Shown here one piece after another: positions 40,315 through 49,560 of a stretch of 64,000 nucleotides of DNA. The notes under the pieces were generated by a model, which saw nothing but the letters and a program-made list of their open reading frames with translations, did not search any database and was not told the origin of the DNA. Position numbers and translations under genes: made by a program. How positions within the stretch are numbered: position 1 is the stretch's first letter; each line of letters opens with the position of its first letter. Location: the NCBI GenBank assembly GCA_965218095.1, contig OZ244587.1, positions 6,272,001 through 6,336,000 on the forward strand. The letters are read 5' to 3'. This DNA comes from Candidatus Poribacteria bacterium. GTDB lineage: Bacteria > Poribacteria > WGA-4E > PCPOR2b.

Positions 40315-40520
40315 CTATTTTTCTGTGAGTGTCCAGGAGCCATCCCAGTCCTCCGGGGGAGGCTCCCTGAGAAAATCGCCACAACGGCCTAAGTGTAATA
40401 ATGCCGCCATGTTGTTCCGGTCGATTTCCAGGACTTTGCCAAACTCAAGCACCGCCTGGGTAAATTGGCGATTCTGGTAATACTCCCGCCCCTTTTCATA
40501 GTGATACCAATTTCGGGTAG
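40315..40520 (-). pseudogene. C-terminal remnant of an adenylate/guanylate cyclase-type protein
   Basis: YEKGREYYQNRQFTQA..F.KVLEID..N.AA..HLGRC..FLREPPPEDWDGSWTLTEK*. Confidence 0.6.
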
Positions 40521-40832
40521 TTTCTTGGAAGTCTAATAGACCGCAGCGAAGAATCTCCTTGTTAACTCAATTCGTATCAGCTTTTGGTCGGTGGTCATCG
40601 TCTTAAGTGCGACAATATGGTATGAGCGGGGGGTTACACTTTGTGAGAGCCGGGATTATTGGCTGTGATGGATTGGCAAAAATTAAAATTTGACACGAAT
40701 GCCCAATTTTTTATAACATCATTGAACTTTGCCCTGTTTCATGTTATTTTATATGTCGTACTGAGATTTGTCAAGTTGTTTTGGAATTCACTATCCTTTC
40801 TTTTTCTTTCATCTTCTGAATCAAAGCTAGTT

Positions 40833-41941
40833 GAGGGGTGTGCATAGTAGTTCATTGGAAAACAGCCGCCATATGAGAGATATTGCGAGCAGGTAACTTC
40901 CATATGGCATTGGCAATCATAGCCACTTGCACTGATAACACCCCGATAGCTAAACAACAGCGTACATTGAAAAACCCCTTGACCGGTAACTGCTTCTGTT
41001 GAGGAGTGGTGCCTATCACTTTAGCAATCAAGTCAAACAACGGTTCAACCGAACTGCGACGTTTGCTTAAACAGAGACGCTGCTTGGGTTGGTTGATAAA
41101 TCGATGATACGCCTTGGCAAACCGTCCCTTTGTCCATCTAAGTGCCGGGGTAATCAAAGCGACTTGTGCCTTCGCCCAACGACGGATACGGTCTGCTTGG
41201 GTATAGGCATCATCGGCAGTGAGTGTCTGCGGTGAAAGTTGTGTCAGAATCTCAGACGCTTTAGCATCTATCGCCCAACTTTCGGAGACCGACGCACGGT
41301 GCACAGTTATCAGTGTTGGGAACGCACCTTGTGTGCAGATAATGTGAAGTCCGTAGCCATAGACCCAGCCATGATAACCACTCTTGCTCCACGTGGCATC
41401 GGTGTCGAGGTTGCGTAGATGTTTAGGTACTTTTCCTGCTTTGCGGTCAGTTTGATGCCAGACGGGTCCTCGTGCCTTAAATAAACTTTTGTCGGCTACC
41501 AGATGAGCCAAGTTGAATTGTTGGGACAAGTCAGTGGCATACTGACCGATAAACAATACAAATGCCTCTATCACTTCATATAATGCCTTATAGCGACGTG
41601 CAATCGTGGTTCGATGAGGGGGCTGTTGCCACCCCAGCATTTGTAACACTTCTGGGTGATTGATTAGCCACCGCCATTGCGTTTTGAAGCCATAGATGCC
41701 GTGAAACTGCATCAACATGAAGAAAATGATAAACGAGGTGGTTGAATATGTCAATGGTTTTGCGTGTGTGACACCTGGTTTGTCAATACGGTGTTGCATA
41801 AACTGCTCAAAGAGTTGCATAATAAGAGTGACATAATCAGCCAACATTGGTCTTTGTACCATATTGGGGCTCCTTTTGCTATGATAACAATAGGAAACCC
41901 TTTTGGCTTGATTATGTCAACTATATTTATGCACACCCCTC
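40833..41941 (-). mobile_element. Complete insertion sequence (1109 bp; DDE transposase, family not assigned)
   Basis: TIRs GAGGGGTGTGCATA / TATGCACACCCCTC; 8-bp DR AGCTAGTT (40825-40832, 41942-41949). Confidence 0.93.
40852..41862 (-). CDS. DDE transposase
   Basis: LVADKS, DATWSKS.YHGWVYGYGLH, LTADDAY, RRSSVEPLF. Confidence 0.9.
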   Translation of the reverse strand: MVQRPMLADYVTLIMQLFEQFMQHRIDKPGVTHAKPLTYSTTSFIIFFMLMQFHGIYGFKTQWRWLINHPEVLQMLGWQQPPHRTTIARRYKALYEVIEAFVLFIGQYATDLSQQFNLAHLVADKSLFKARGPVWHQTDRKAGKVPKHLRNLDTDATWSKSGYHGWVYGYGLHIICTQGAFPTLITVHRASVSESWAIDAKASEILTQLSPQTLTADDAYTQADRIRRWAKAQVALITPALRWTKGRFAKAYHRFINQPKQRLCLSKRRSSVEPLFDLIAKVIGTTPQQKQLPVKGFFNVRCCLAIGVLSVQVAMIANAIWKLPARNISHMAAVFQ

Positions 41942-42001
41942 AGCTAGTTGGAATATCTGAAAGGAAATGGATGGCAATGAATTTCTTTTTAAGGAGTTGA
42001 A

Positions 42002-42928
42002 ATGGGTTGGAAAGAAAAACTCCTCTCAGTCGTGCAAAATCAAAACAGCCCTTCAAAGTTGCGATTCGATGAGCCACTGCGTAAACACACCTACTTTGGA
42101 ATAGGCGGCGGCGCCGCAGCGTATCTTGAAGTGAGCACAATCGACGAATTGGCGAGCGTGGCACAACTAAAAAAACGTTGGAACGTGCCAGGTGCCATCA
42201 TTGGTCGAGGATCGAACATGCTCGTCAGCGATGCAGGCTACCCTGGGATTGTTGTCCGACTGATCGGTGAATTTGATCAACTCGAATTTGACGGGAACTG
42301 TGTTCACACAGGCGCAGGCGTTTCCCTGCCAAGATTGTCGAAAACGGTAGCGCGTCACGGACTGAGCGGCGTCGAGTTTGCGCTCGGCATTCCGGGGTCT
42401 GTCGGCGGGGCGTTGATTATGAACGCAGGCGCATGGAGCAGCAGCTTCGGAGATCTGGCCGAGTGCGTTCAGGTGATGACAGACAAAGGAAAGTTAGTCA
42501 ATCTCAGCCACGATGACGCAAAGTTTGGTTACCGTCATAGTGGACTGAGCAGCTACTTTTGCGTCACGCGGGCTATGCTCAATCTGATCCCCGGTGATGT
42601 AGAGGAAATTACCAATCGCATGCAGAATTTCTACAACAAGAAAATCACGAGTCAACCGTTTGCGGAGGAAAACGCGGGGTGCATATTCAAGAACCCACCC
42701 GGTCATTCTGCCGGGAAACTGATCGATGAATGTGGCCTGAAAGGATATCGGATTGGCGGGGCAGAGGTGTCCAAAATTCACGGCAACTTTATCCTCAACC
42801 TCGACAATGCAACTGCCCAAAATGTGTTAGATCTCGTGCGCCATATTCAGACTCAGGTCAAGCGTGAGAAGGACGTTGATCTGGAGATGGAGGTCAAACT
42901 GCTAGGTTTTGAATATGAAACCGCATAA
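42002..42928 (+). CDS. murB: UDP-N-acetylenolpyruvoylglucosamine reductase
   Basis: GIGG.A, GRGSNML, GIPGSVGGAL.MNAGA, F.YRHS, QP...NAGC.FKNP, VS.IHGNF. Confidence 0.96.
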   Translation: MGWKEKLLSVVQNQNSPSKLRFDEPLRKHTYFGIGGGAAAYLEVSTIDELASVAQLKKRWNVPGAIIGRGSNMLVSDAGYPGIVVRLIGEFDQLEFDGNCVHTGAGVSLPRLSKTVARHGLSGVEFALGIPGSVGGALIMNAGAWSSSFGDLAECVQVMTDKGKLVNLSHDDAKFGYRHSGLSSYFCVTRAMLNLIPGDVEEITNRMQNFYNKKITSQPFAEENAGCIFKNPPGHSAGKLIDECGLKGYRIGGAEVSKIHGNFILNLDNATAQNVLDLVRHIQTQVKREKDVDLEMEVKLLGFEYETA

Positions 42929-42961
42929 AAACTAAAACTTGTCCTTTTTCAAAGGTGTGAT

Positions 42962-43315
42962 TTGCTTATGAGGTCACCTTTTTTCGGAAAAATGCCTAGA
43001 ATATTTCGATTTTTACGCTTTCTTTACCACCTGCCAAATTTCGTAAAACTGGCTTGGCGGCTATTCTGGGATCCGCGCATCCCAATCTATCGTAAAGCAA
43101 TCCTCGTGGTATTTGGGATGCTCGCTATCGCCTTGGCGGTGGCTTACTTTTACCTTCCCTTCGATGCAATTCCCGATTTTCTCCCCATTGGACGAGGTGA
43201 CGATCTACTCATCGGAATGTTCTTGATTTTGGTCCCTGGTGCTTGGCTTTTTATCAAACTTTCCCCCAAACATGTCGTGCGGGAGCATGTTGATCGGATC
43301 GCAGGGGGGAATTGA
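42962..43315 (+). CDS. YkvA/DUF1232 membrane protein
   Basis: DPRIP..RK, AYF.LPFDAIPDFLP.GR.DD. Confidence 0.85.
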   Translation: MLMRSPFFGKMPRIFRFLRFLYHLPNFVKLAWRLFWDPRIPIYRKAILVVFGMLAIALAVAYFYLPFDAIPDFLPIGRGDDLLIGMFLILVPGAWLFIKLSPKHVVREHVDRIAGGN

Positions 43316-43460
43316 AGAGCACAAGTTGTCAAATCTCTTTGGAAATTTCTAAAGCAATTGGCTCATTCTGTTAAGGCGAAAGCAAATTGGTGATTTGTAA
43401 TTTATCCCTTCGTGTCTCGATCGACATTTTGCTTTTCCTTGTTCCAAACTACGAGAATCG

Positions 43461-44147
43461 CTAGAAAACTGCCTGGGCCTGTTCTATCAGCCAATTTAGC
43501 TTCCGCGGATCGCGGACCCCTTTCGCAGACTCAACCCCCGAACAGAGATCGACGCCATAAGGACGGACGGTTTCAATCGCCGCCCTGACATTCTCAGAAC
43601 GAATACCGCCGGACAAGAACGTTGGAACTTTACAAGCCTGGATGAGTTGGGAAGCAAAGCGCCAATCACTGGTCTTGCCAGTGCCGCCAAATCGGGCTTT
43701 TCCCTTGCTGAAATCCGCGGTGTCAAACAGGAGTGCATCCGCACCCGCGTCGATATACGCTCCCATTTGCGCGAAGATAGTTTTGACATCAACACGCTGA
43801 TCGCCATCTGCTGGCAGAAACAGCGACTTCCAAATCTTACACGATAGAAACCGCCTGAGTCTTGCCACTTCAGCAGGGGACTCGTGCCCGAGCAACTGAA
43901 TTGCAAACGGCTGAATCTGCACTGCTGCCTGTCGCACCCATTCTGTCGGGCGATTAAACACGAGCACAACGGTTGGAATTGGCGTCTGTCGCGCGATCTC
44001 GGCAGCGTGATCAATCAGAACAGATCGCTCTGAAAAAGGGACTTTGACGACGACGCCGGAGTAATCCGCTCCGGCGTCTGCTGCCATCTGTGCGTCGGTG
44101 ACGCTAGTTGTGCCACAGATCTTGACCTTGCAATAATTTCTTGTCAT
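43461..44147 (-). CDS. trpF: Phosphoribosylanthranilate isomerase
   Basis: VKICG, GAD..G, QL.G.E, LFDT..GGTGKT.DW, LSGG....NV, GVDLCSGVE. Confidence 0.9.
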   Translation of the reverse strand: MTRNYCKVKICGTTSVTDAQMAADAGADYSGVVVKVPFSERSVLIDHAAEIARQTPIPTVVLVFNRPTEWVRQAAVQIQPFAIQLLGHESPAEVARLRRFLSCKIWKSLFLPADGDQRVDVKTIFAQMGAYIDAGADALLFDTADFSKGKARFGGTGKTSDWRFASQLIQACKVPTFLSGGIRSENVRAAIETVRPYGVDLCSGVESAKGVRDPRKLNWLIEQAQAVF

Positions 44148-44305
44148 ACAAATTTGTTCCGAGAGTAGAGCGGGTACGATTTTATCGGACGAGCATTGCC
44201 AGTGCTTGCCTCCTGCGTAGCGGGGGCCGTTTGGAACCAGCTAGCAGCAGGCTTTACTTTAGTGTTTCTCCCCGATAGATTGGGATGCAGGCATATATGT
44301 CATTA

Positions 44306-44674
44306 TTACTCGTCCTTAAGAAAAACCGTCTGCCGATCCGCGGATGAATAGCAAATCACCATCGTTACGGGCTGCCAACCGGTATTGACGGCGTTGTGTT
44401 TCATGCCTTGCGGGATGCGTAACACCATCCCTTCTTTCAAGGGGAAAACCTCGTCACCAAGTTGGTGATCGCACTGCCCCGAAAGTACGTAAATCAGTTC
44501 CTCGCAGTTAGGGTGGTAGTGGAGCGGATTACCCTCGCCGGCATTGAGGTAAACAACCCCGAAGGTCATTTCCGCCTCCGGATCGATCTGGTCGTTGCAG
44601 AGCCACTTAATTGCGCCCCAAGGGAATTGGAGTGCTTCACCTTCGTTAACGTTAGTAATTGTTGCTGAACTCAT
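44306..44674 (-). CDS. Cupin domain protein
   Basis: HYHPNCEE..YVLSG, IPQGMKH. Confidence 0.88.
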   Translation of the reverse strand: MSSATITNVNEGEALQFPWGAIKWLCNDQIDPEAEMTFGVVYLNAGEGNPLHYHPNCEELIYVLSGQCDHQLGDEVFPLKEGMVLRIPQGMKHNAVNTGWQPVTMVICYSSADRQTVFLKDE

Positions 44675-44714
44675 GATACCTCCTTAAAAACGTGATGCGT
44701 GATTTGTTGATTCG

Positions 44715-45464
44715 TTAGATTTCGAGCGTCTCTCGCATGTATCGACAACTCATTGTAACGCTCTCTTTCGGTGTTTTATCCGTCCAATCCTGTTCGACTG
44801 TCAGCCACTCGGCGCTAATCCCTTCGACGACTTTCATAATCCCTGCCCAATCGAGGATGCCGTGTCCAACTTCTCCGAAGGAGCCATCCGAATTCATGTC
44901 CTTGAAGTGGAGATAGGCAACACGGTCTGCATATTGCTCCAGAAAAGCAGCAGGGTTTTCACCGCCATGCTTGACCCAATAGGTGTCCACACAGGCGTGA
45001 ACGAACTCCGGATCAGTCGATTCAAAAAGCGTGACGAGTCCAGTTGTCCCGCCGAAATCCTTGAATTCCCAACTGTGATTGTGATAACAGAACTTGATTC
45101 CCACATCGTTACAGCGACGCCCAACTTCGTTGAAGATCTCTGCCGCGCGCTGGTAGTCCTCAAGGGTATCGTTTCCACCAACACCAGAGACCATCAAGTA
45201 ACGGCAGTCCATCGCGTCGGTGAATTTAATCATCTCATCGAACTGCTCAAGACTGCCATAACCTGTATGGACGCCGGCCAATTCCAAATTGTGCGATGCC
45301 AGCAGCACCTTCGTTTCATCGATTGAATGGCTACCTTCACTGAGATTTCCAGCTTCTATCCCACCGTACCCCACGTCCGAAATCTCGGCGAGGACGCCGG
45401 AGAGATCTTCACTGGAACGGGAGCCGTAGATAATTAACTGACAACCAATCTTATACTTGTTCAT
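44715..45464 (-). CDS. Sugar phosphate isomerase/epimerase (IolE/AP endonuclease 2 TIM barrel)
   Basis: GYGGIE, YHNHSWEF, DTYW, HFKD, EVG.G.LDW, VEQD. Confidence 0.9.
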   Translation of the reverse strand: MNKYKIGCQLIIYGSRSSEDLSGVLAEISDVGYGGIEAGNLSEGSHSIDETKVLLASHNLELAGVHTGYGSLEQFDEMIKFTDAMDCRYLMVSGVGGNDTLEDYQRAAEIFNEVGRRCNDVGIKFCYHNHSWEFKDFGGTTGLVTLFESTDPEFVHACVDTYWVKHGGENPAAFLEQYADRVAYLHFKDMNSDGSFGEVGHGILDWAGIMKVVEGISAEWLTVEQDWTDKTPKESVTMSCRYMRETLEI

Positions 45465-45532
45465 TGCAAACCTTGGGAAGTAGAATATTGAGTCGTGAAA
45501 CGTGAGAGTATGAATTCTCAAGGAGCTTTTCT

Positions 45533-45799
45533 ATGAACATCGATATATCAGAAGACATCTTGCTTACGCAACTCAAAAGACTTGTTGATCGGACGAGCGA
45601 GCAATTGCAATGGGGGAACCTGACATTGTGGGAAACTCTTGATCTCATTCAACAGACGCAGGTTCAAGCAGAAGAACTGATACCGGATCAGATGGAATTG
45701 TATCAGCGCATCTATGGCGCACGTTTTCGACGCTTACTCGAACAGTTTGTCATACCAAAAGAGTCGGAAGCTCGGTTCAACTGGCATAAACCGTACTGA
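45533..45799 (+). CDS. Hypothetical protein
   Basis: AGGAG RBS; LKRLVD..., PDQMELY..IYGARF.RL.EQF. Confidence 0.65.
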   Translation: MNIDISEDILLTQLKRLVDRTSEQLQWGNLTLWETLDLIQQTQVQAEELIPDQMELYQRIYGARFRRLLEQFVIPKESEARFNWHKPY

Positions 45800-45856
45800 C
45801 TCGCTCGAACCTTGCCAATGCTTTGAACCTTGAAGTAGTGATCTCACCCGGATCCT

Positions 45857-47464
45857 CTATGGATTCACCGCCGACACCTCTTCGCCATCCTTGAGAGTAT
45901 GCTGCCCGGCAATGACCACCTGCTCGCCTTCAGAGAGCCCGCTTGTAATTTCGACATTGCTACCTTCAGTCAAACCGAACTCGATCTGCCGGCGCTTGCC
46001 GTGTCCATCTGCAACCACAAAAACGGTCTGGACGTTTTTGACGCTATCTTCAATCACCGCAGAACGCGGAATTAGTATGGCGTTTTCGTGGATCTCCACC
46101 GGGATGCTGACCTTCGCAAACATGCCCGGCTTCAAGCGCAGGTCTGCGTTGTCGATTGTGATTTCGAGTTTCGCGGATCTGCTTGTCCGGTCAAGGGTGG
46201 GACTGACGTGAGAGATTTTTCCAGAGACGGGCTGCGGCGCCGCATCTACCTGAATCCACGCCGAATCGCCGCGTCTCACCTTGCCCAGGTCTGATTCAAT
46301 TACGCTGACGACTGCTTTCACCGCGTCCATATCCACAATCTCGAAAATCGGCGTGGTCGGCACAGCCATGCCTCCCAAATCTAGAGCGCGCATGGACACG
46401 ACGCCGGCAATTGGCGCGGTGACCCTCGCGTCCGCCAACCGTTTTTGAGCGAGATTAAGCGCGGCTTCGGCTTGCGCCACAGTAGTTTCCGCCGAAGTGA
46501 TTTCCGCTTCCCAGCTTCTGGCCGTTTTTAACGCTTCCGCAGCCTCTAACACCGCGCGAGCTGCCATCACCTGAGCCTCGGCCAACTTCCTATCTTTCTC
46601 CCACGTTTTCGTGTCTGCTTGAGCATAAGCAAGTTTGAACGCCGCTTCAGCGCCCGCGACCTGCGCTTCCAGCGCGCGGATGTCTTCCTCACGCGCCCCG
46701 TTTTCAATGAGGCGCATCTGTTCACGTGCGACCTCGTATTGGGCTTTGGCGACATCTAATTGGGTTTCGGCGGCTTCAATCGACTGCTCGCTGACTGCAT
46801 TATTTTCAAACAGCTTTTTCATGCGGTTATAGTTGCTTTTGGCGTTGGCAAGGTTCGCATTCGCCTGATTGACGGCAGCTTCGGCTTGTCTCCGATCTTC
46901 GTCCCTCGCTCCTCGCTTGATTTTTTCCAAATTCGCCTTGAGCGATTGAAGTCCGGCTTTCGCCTGCTCAAGCTGTGAAATCGTGCGGGTTTCGGCGAGC
47001 TCTTCTACCTGACGAAACGAAGCCACGGCAGATGCAAGCTGCGCCTGCGCCTGGTAGATCTGCGATCTGATGCGAACCTCGGCTAACTTTTGCGCCTGAT
47101 CAAAAGTGGTATCCGCGGCTTGATACGCCGCCTCCGCTTGGCGCACTTGAAGTTCCAATTCTTCATGCTCAATGACTACCAACGTTTGGCCTTTTTCGAC
47201 CCGATCACCTTCATCAACGTTCATCTTGATGATTTTTCCGGCAACTTCCGGAAAAACTGTCACCTGTGAATCGGCTTCAATCGTGCCAGAAAATTGTAGT
47301 TCAGATCGGATCTCTCCACGTGAGGCTTTAATCACCTCCACCACCTTGACCGTTGAAGCCACAGCTACCGTCTCACTTTCTCGCTTTTTGGTGGTGAATC
47401 TAATGAAAACAATTCCGATGATAACGATCAGAATAATTATTGCGATAATCCAAGGTCTTCTCAC
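45857..47464 (-). CDS. Efflux periplasmic adaptor (MFP) with long alpha-hairpin
   Basis: N-terminal TM, V.EGD.VEKGQ.L, APIAGVV, LKPGMF, GL.EGE.VV. Confidence 0.92.
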   Translation of the reverse strand: MRRPWIIAIIILIVIIGIVFIRFTTKKRESETVAVASTVKVVEVIKASRGEIRSELQFSGTIEADSQVTVFPEVAGKIIKMNVDEGDRVEKGQTLVVIEHEELELQVRQAEAAYQAADTTFDQAQKLAEVRIRSQIYQAQAQLASAVASFRQVEELAETRTISQLEQAKAGLQSLKANLEKIKRGARDEDRRQAEAAVNQANANLANAKSNYNRMKKLFENNAVSEQSIEAAETQLDVAKAQYEVAREQMRLIENGAREEDIRALEAQVAGAEAAFKLAYAQADTKTWEKDRKLAEAQVMAARAVLEAAEALKTARSWEAEITSAETTVAQAEAALNLAQKRLADARVTAPIAGVVSMRALDLGGMAVPTTPIFEIVDMDAVKAVVSVIESDLGKVRRGDSAWIQVDAAPQPVSGKISHVSPTLDRTSRSAKLEITIDNADLRLKPGMFAKVSIPVEIHENAILIPRSAVIEDSVKNVQTVFVVADGHGKRRQIEFGLTEGSNVEITSGLSEGEQVVIAGQHTLKDGEEVSAVNP

Positions 47465-47481
47465 TTTTTAATCTCCATAAC

Positions 47482-48882
47482 CTAATTTTGTAGTTTTTGC
47501 CCGATAGCCTTTTCCAATTGGGCGAGTCCGATGGCATAATCGTGCAAGGATTGGAGACGATTGACTTCTGCCTGCGATAGGGCAAGTTGAGCGTCGGTGA
47601 GCTCAACGCTGGTAATCATCCCGTTTTCATAGCGTAAGTTCGCAATCCGCACGCTCTCTTGGGCTTGCTCAACCGTTTCCTTCTGGACCTCGATTAACGC
47701 CTTTGCCTCAAGCAGGTTCAGATAGGCAGACCTGACCTCAAACTCAATAGTGTCCGCTACTTGTTGCTTTCCAAGCTGTGTCCGCTTCAATCCGGATTCG
47801 GCTTGCTGCACCGCAGCTCGTGTTGCAAAGCCATCGAAGATTGGGAAGTTGAGCGCAAAACCGAGGTTCCAGATGCGATTCATCTTCTCAAGCCTTTCAT
47901 TTCCTTCGATCTGATAGTTTGTAAAAAAGGAGAGGTCAGGACGATTCCCAGTCTTGGCGACATCAACCTGTTTTTTCGCGGCTTGCTCGTTGAATTCAAA
48001 TTGCTGCATCTCGGGCCGGTTTTCCATCCCCCTTTGAATTAAGGAATTAAGGCCAAGTTCGATTGATAAACGGTCTAAACTGCCTTTAACTACTACCGCC
48101 TCTGCCAGATCAATATTCAGTACATTTTTATAAGTATCCTTGGCGATTCGTGCCTGATTCTTGGCGCGAATAAGATTCGACCTCGCATTGGCTAACAGCA
48201 CCTCCGCCCGCAGGACATCAAAGTTGGTTGAAGCGCCCGCCTCAAAGAAGTTTTGAGCAATCTGCAACTGTTTCTCAACAAGATCGACCGTTTGTTGGGA
48301 GACCTTTACGAACTCCATCGCAAGGAGAATATTGTAAAAGGCTTCAGAAACGTCAAGCACAAGCCCGTTGTAAGCCGCAGCCAATTCTCTCCTGGCAGCC
48401 TCCAAACTCGATTTTGCACTCTGATAGTTATTATAGTAACGCCCCCAGGCAAAGATCGATTGTCTCAGGCTCAACTCCGCTTGAAGGTTATGATGCGCCC
48501 CAAATTCCAATTCAATGACATCCAACGCCGTGCCAGCGTCGTCGGCACCCGTATCGGGGGGAGGCGGCATATTTCCTCCTGCGCCCGGCGGGCCAAATGC
48601 CCCGCTTGCCTCAAGAACGGATTTCGGGAGATCTTTGGCATATCGATAACTACTAGTGAGCGAGACATTTGGCAACAGCACAGCACGTGCAGAATGCACC
48701 TGTGCTTCCGCAGATTTCACCCGTTCCTGGATTGTTTGGATCGAGAGATTGGTTTGTCGGGCGATTTCAATGCTGCCTTCCAGTGTCAGAACTATTGGCT
48801 CTTGAGCCGATACCGTGCAATTCCAACAAACTAACAAGAGTATCCCGACGAAGATATATTGTCGAGTTTTTGACAAATACAT
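47482..48882 (-). CDS. TolC-family outer membrane protein
   Basis: Signal peptide; LLP.VSL, G....FDVL.A, NRPE, PIFDG, RYENG.....EL.DAQ. Confidence 0.92.
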   Translation of the reverse strand: MYLSKTRQYIFVGILLLVCWNCTVSAQEPIVLTLEGSIEIARQTNLSIQTIQERVKSAEAQVHSARAVLLPNVSLTSSYRYAKDLPKSVLEASGAFGPPGAGGNMPPPPDTGADDAGTALDVIELEFGAHHNLQAELSLRQSIFAWGRYYNNYQSAKSSLEAARRELAAAYNGLVLDVSEAFYNILLAMEFVKVSQQTVDLVEKQLQIAQNFFEAGASTNFDVLRAEVLLANARSNLIRAKNQARIAKDTYKNVLNIDLAEAVVVKGSLDRLSIELGLNSLIQRGMENRPEMQQFEFNEQAAKKQVDVAKTGNRPDLSFFTNYQIEGNERLEKMNRIWNLGFALNFPIFDGFATRAAVQQAESGLKRTQLGKQQVADTIEFEVRSAYLNLLEAKALIEVQKETVEQAQESVRIANLRYENGMITSVELTDAQLALSQAEVNRLQSLHDYAIGLAQLEKAIGQKLQN

Positions 48883-48936
48883 TCAATTCCTCCGAATTAA
48901 TAATAGGCCAAAGGGTTGAGTTTGCCTGCCATTCGC

Positions 48937-49220
48937 CTATGCCACCTTATGCGCGGCTCGCACGGTTGTTGCCCGCACGACGACACCCCCCAAAGACACT
49001 GAAGACTCCATGATGCCAACAACTCGCGACTTGTGCTGTTCTGCGGTGATGTCGAGGTAAAATGTGCTTAATGCTGGCGCTTTCAACGCCCTTCCCAGAC
49101 CGTCCACAAGGCAGACCAGGAAGATCAGTGGGAACGATGTCAAAAACGTCAGGCCAGCGTAGAATGCTGTGTTGAGCAGCGTTTCGATCATGATTATCGG
49201 CCTGCGACCACCGCCACAAG
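48937..49220 (-). pseudogene. MFS transporter fragment
   Basis: GRRPIIMI...GLG.AL..PAL..FY.DIT..QHKSRVVG....SLGG. Confidence 0.6.
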
Positions 49221-49380
49221 ATTTGCGCGCGGCACTTCTCTTTTGAGGGCATTGAGATGACTGACCACGACGAGAGAGTTATTAACAACCACCCCCTATT
49301 TTGTAGGAACAACAAGCCAAGGTTGTTACGGTAAAGATGTTTCGGGGAGGGAACGTCAAGGTGGGAGTTTCAATCTGTAA

Positions 49381-49440
49381 ATTCGGAGTGCAAAACATGT
49401 TTTGCCACATCGCTACAAGACAGGTTCTGCACTCCTGAAT
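49381..49440. repeat. Inverted REP-like pair
   Basis: ATTCGGAGTGCAAAACATGTTTTGC ... CAAGACAGGTTCTGCACTCCTGAAT. Confidence 0.65.
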
Positions 49441-49560
49441 AAATAATCCGAATTTTCTTTAGATTGCTTAACTTGTAAATCCTCGAAGTGGCGAAAGAAT
49501 CAGTTTAGAGCGGATATGCCAAGAGGCACGTTTACAAATCAAAGATGCAGGTTCCGTCGT

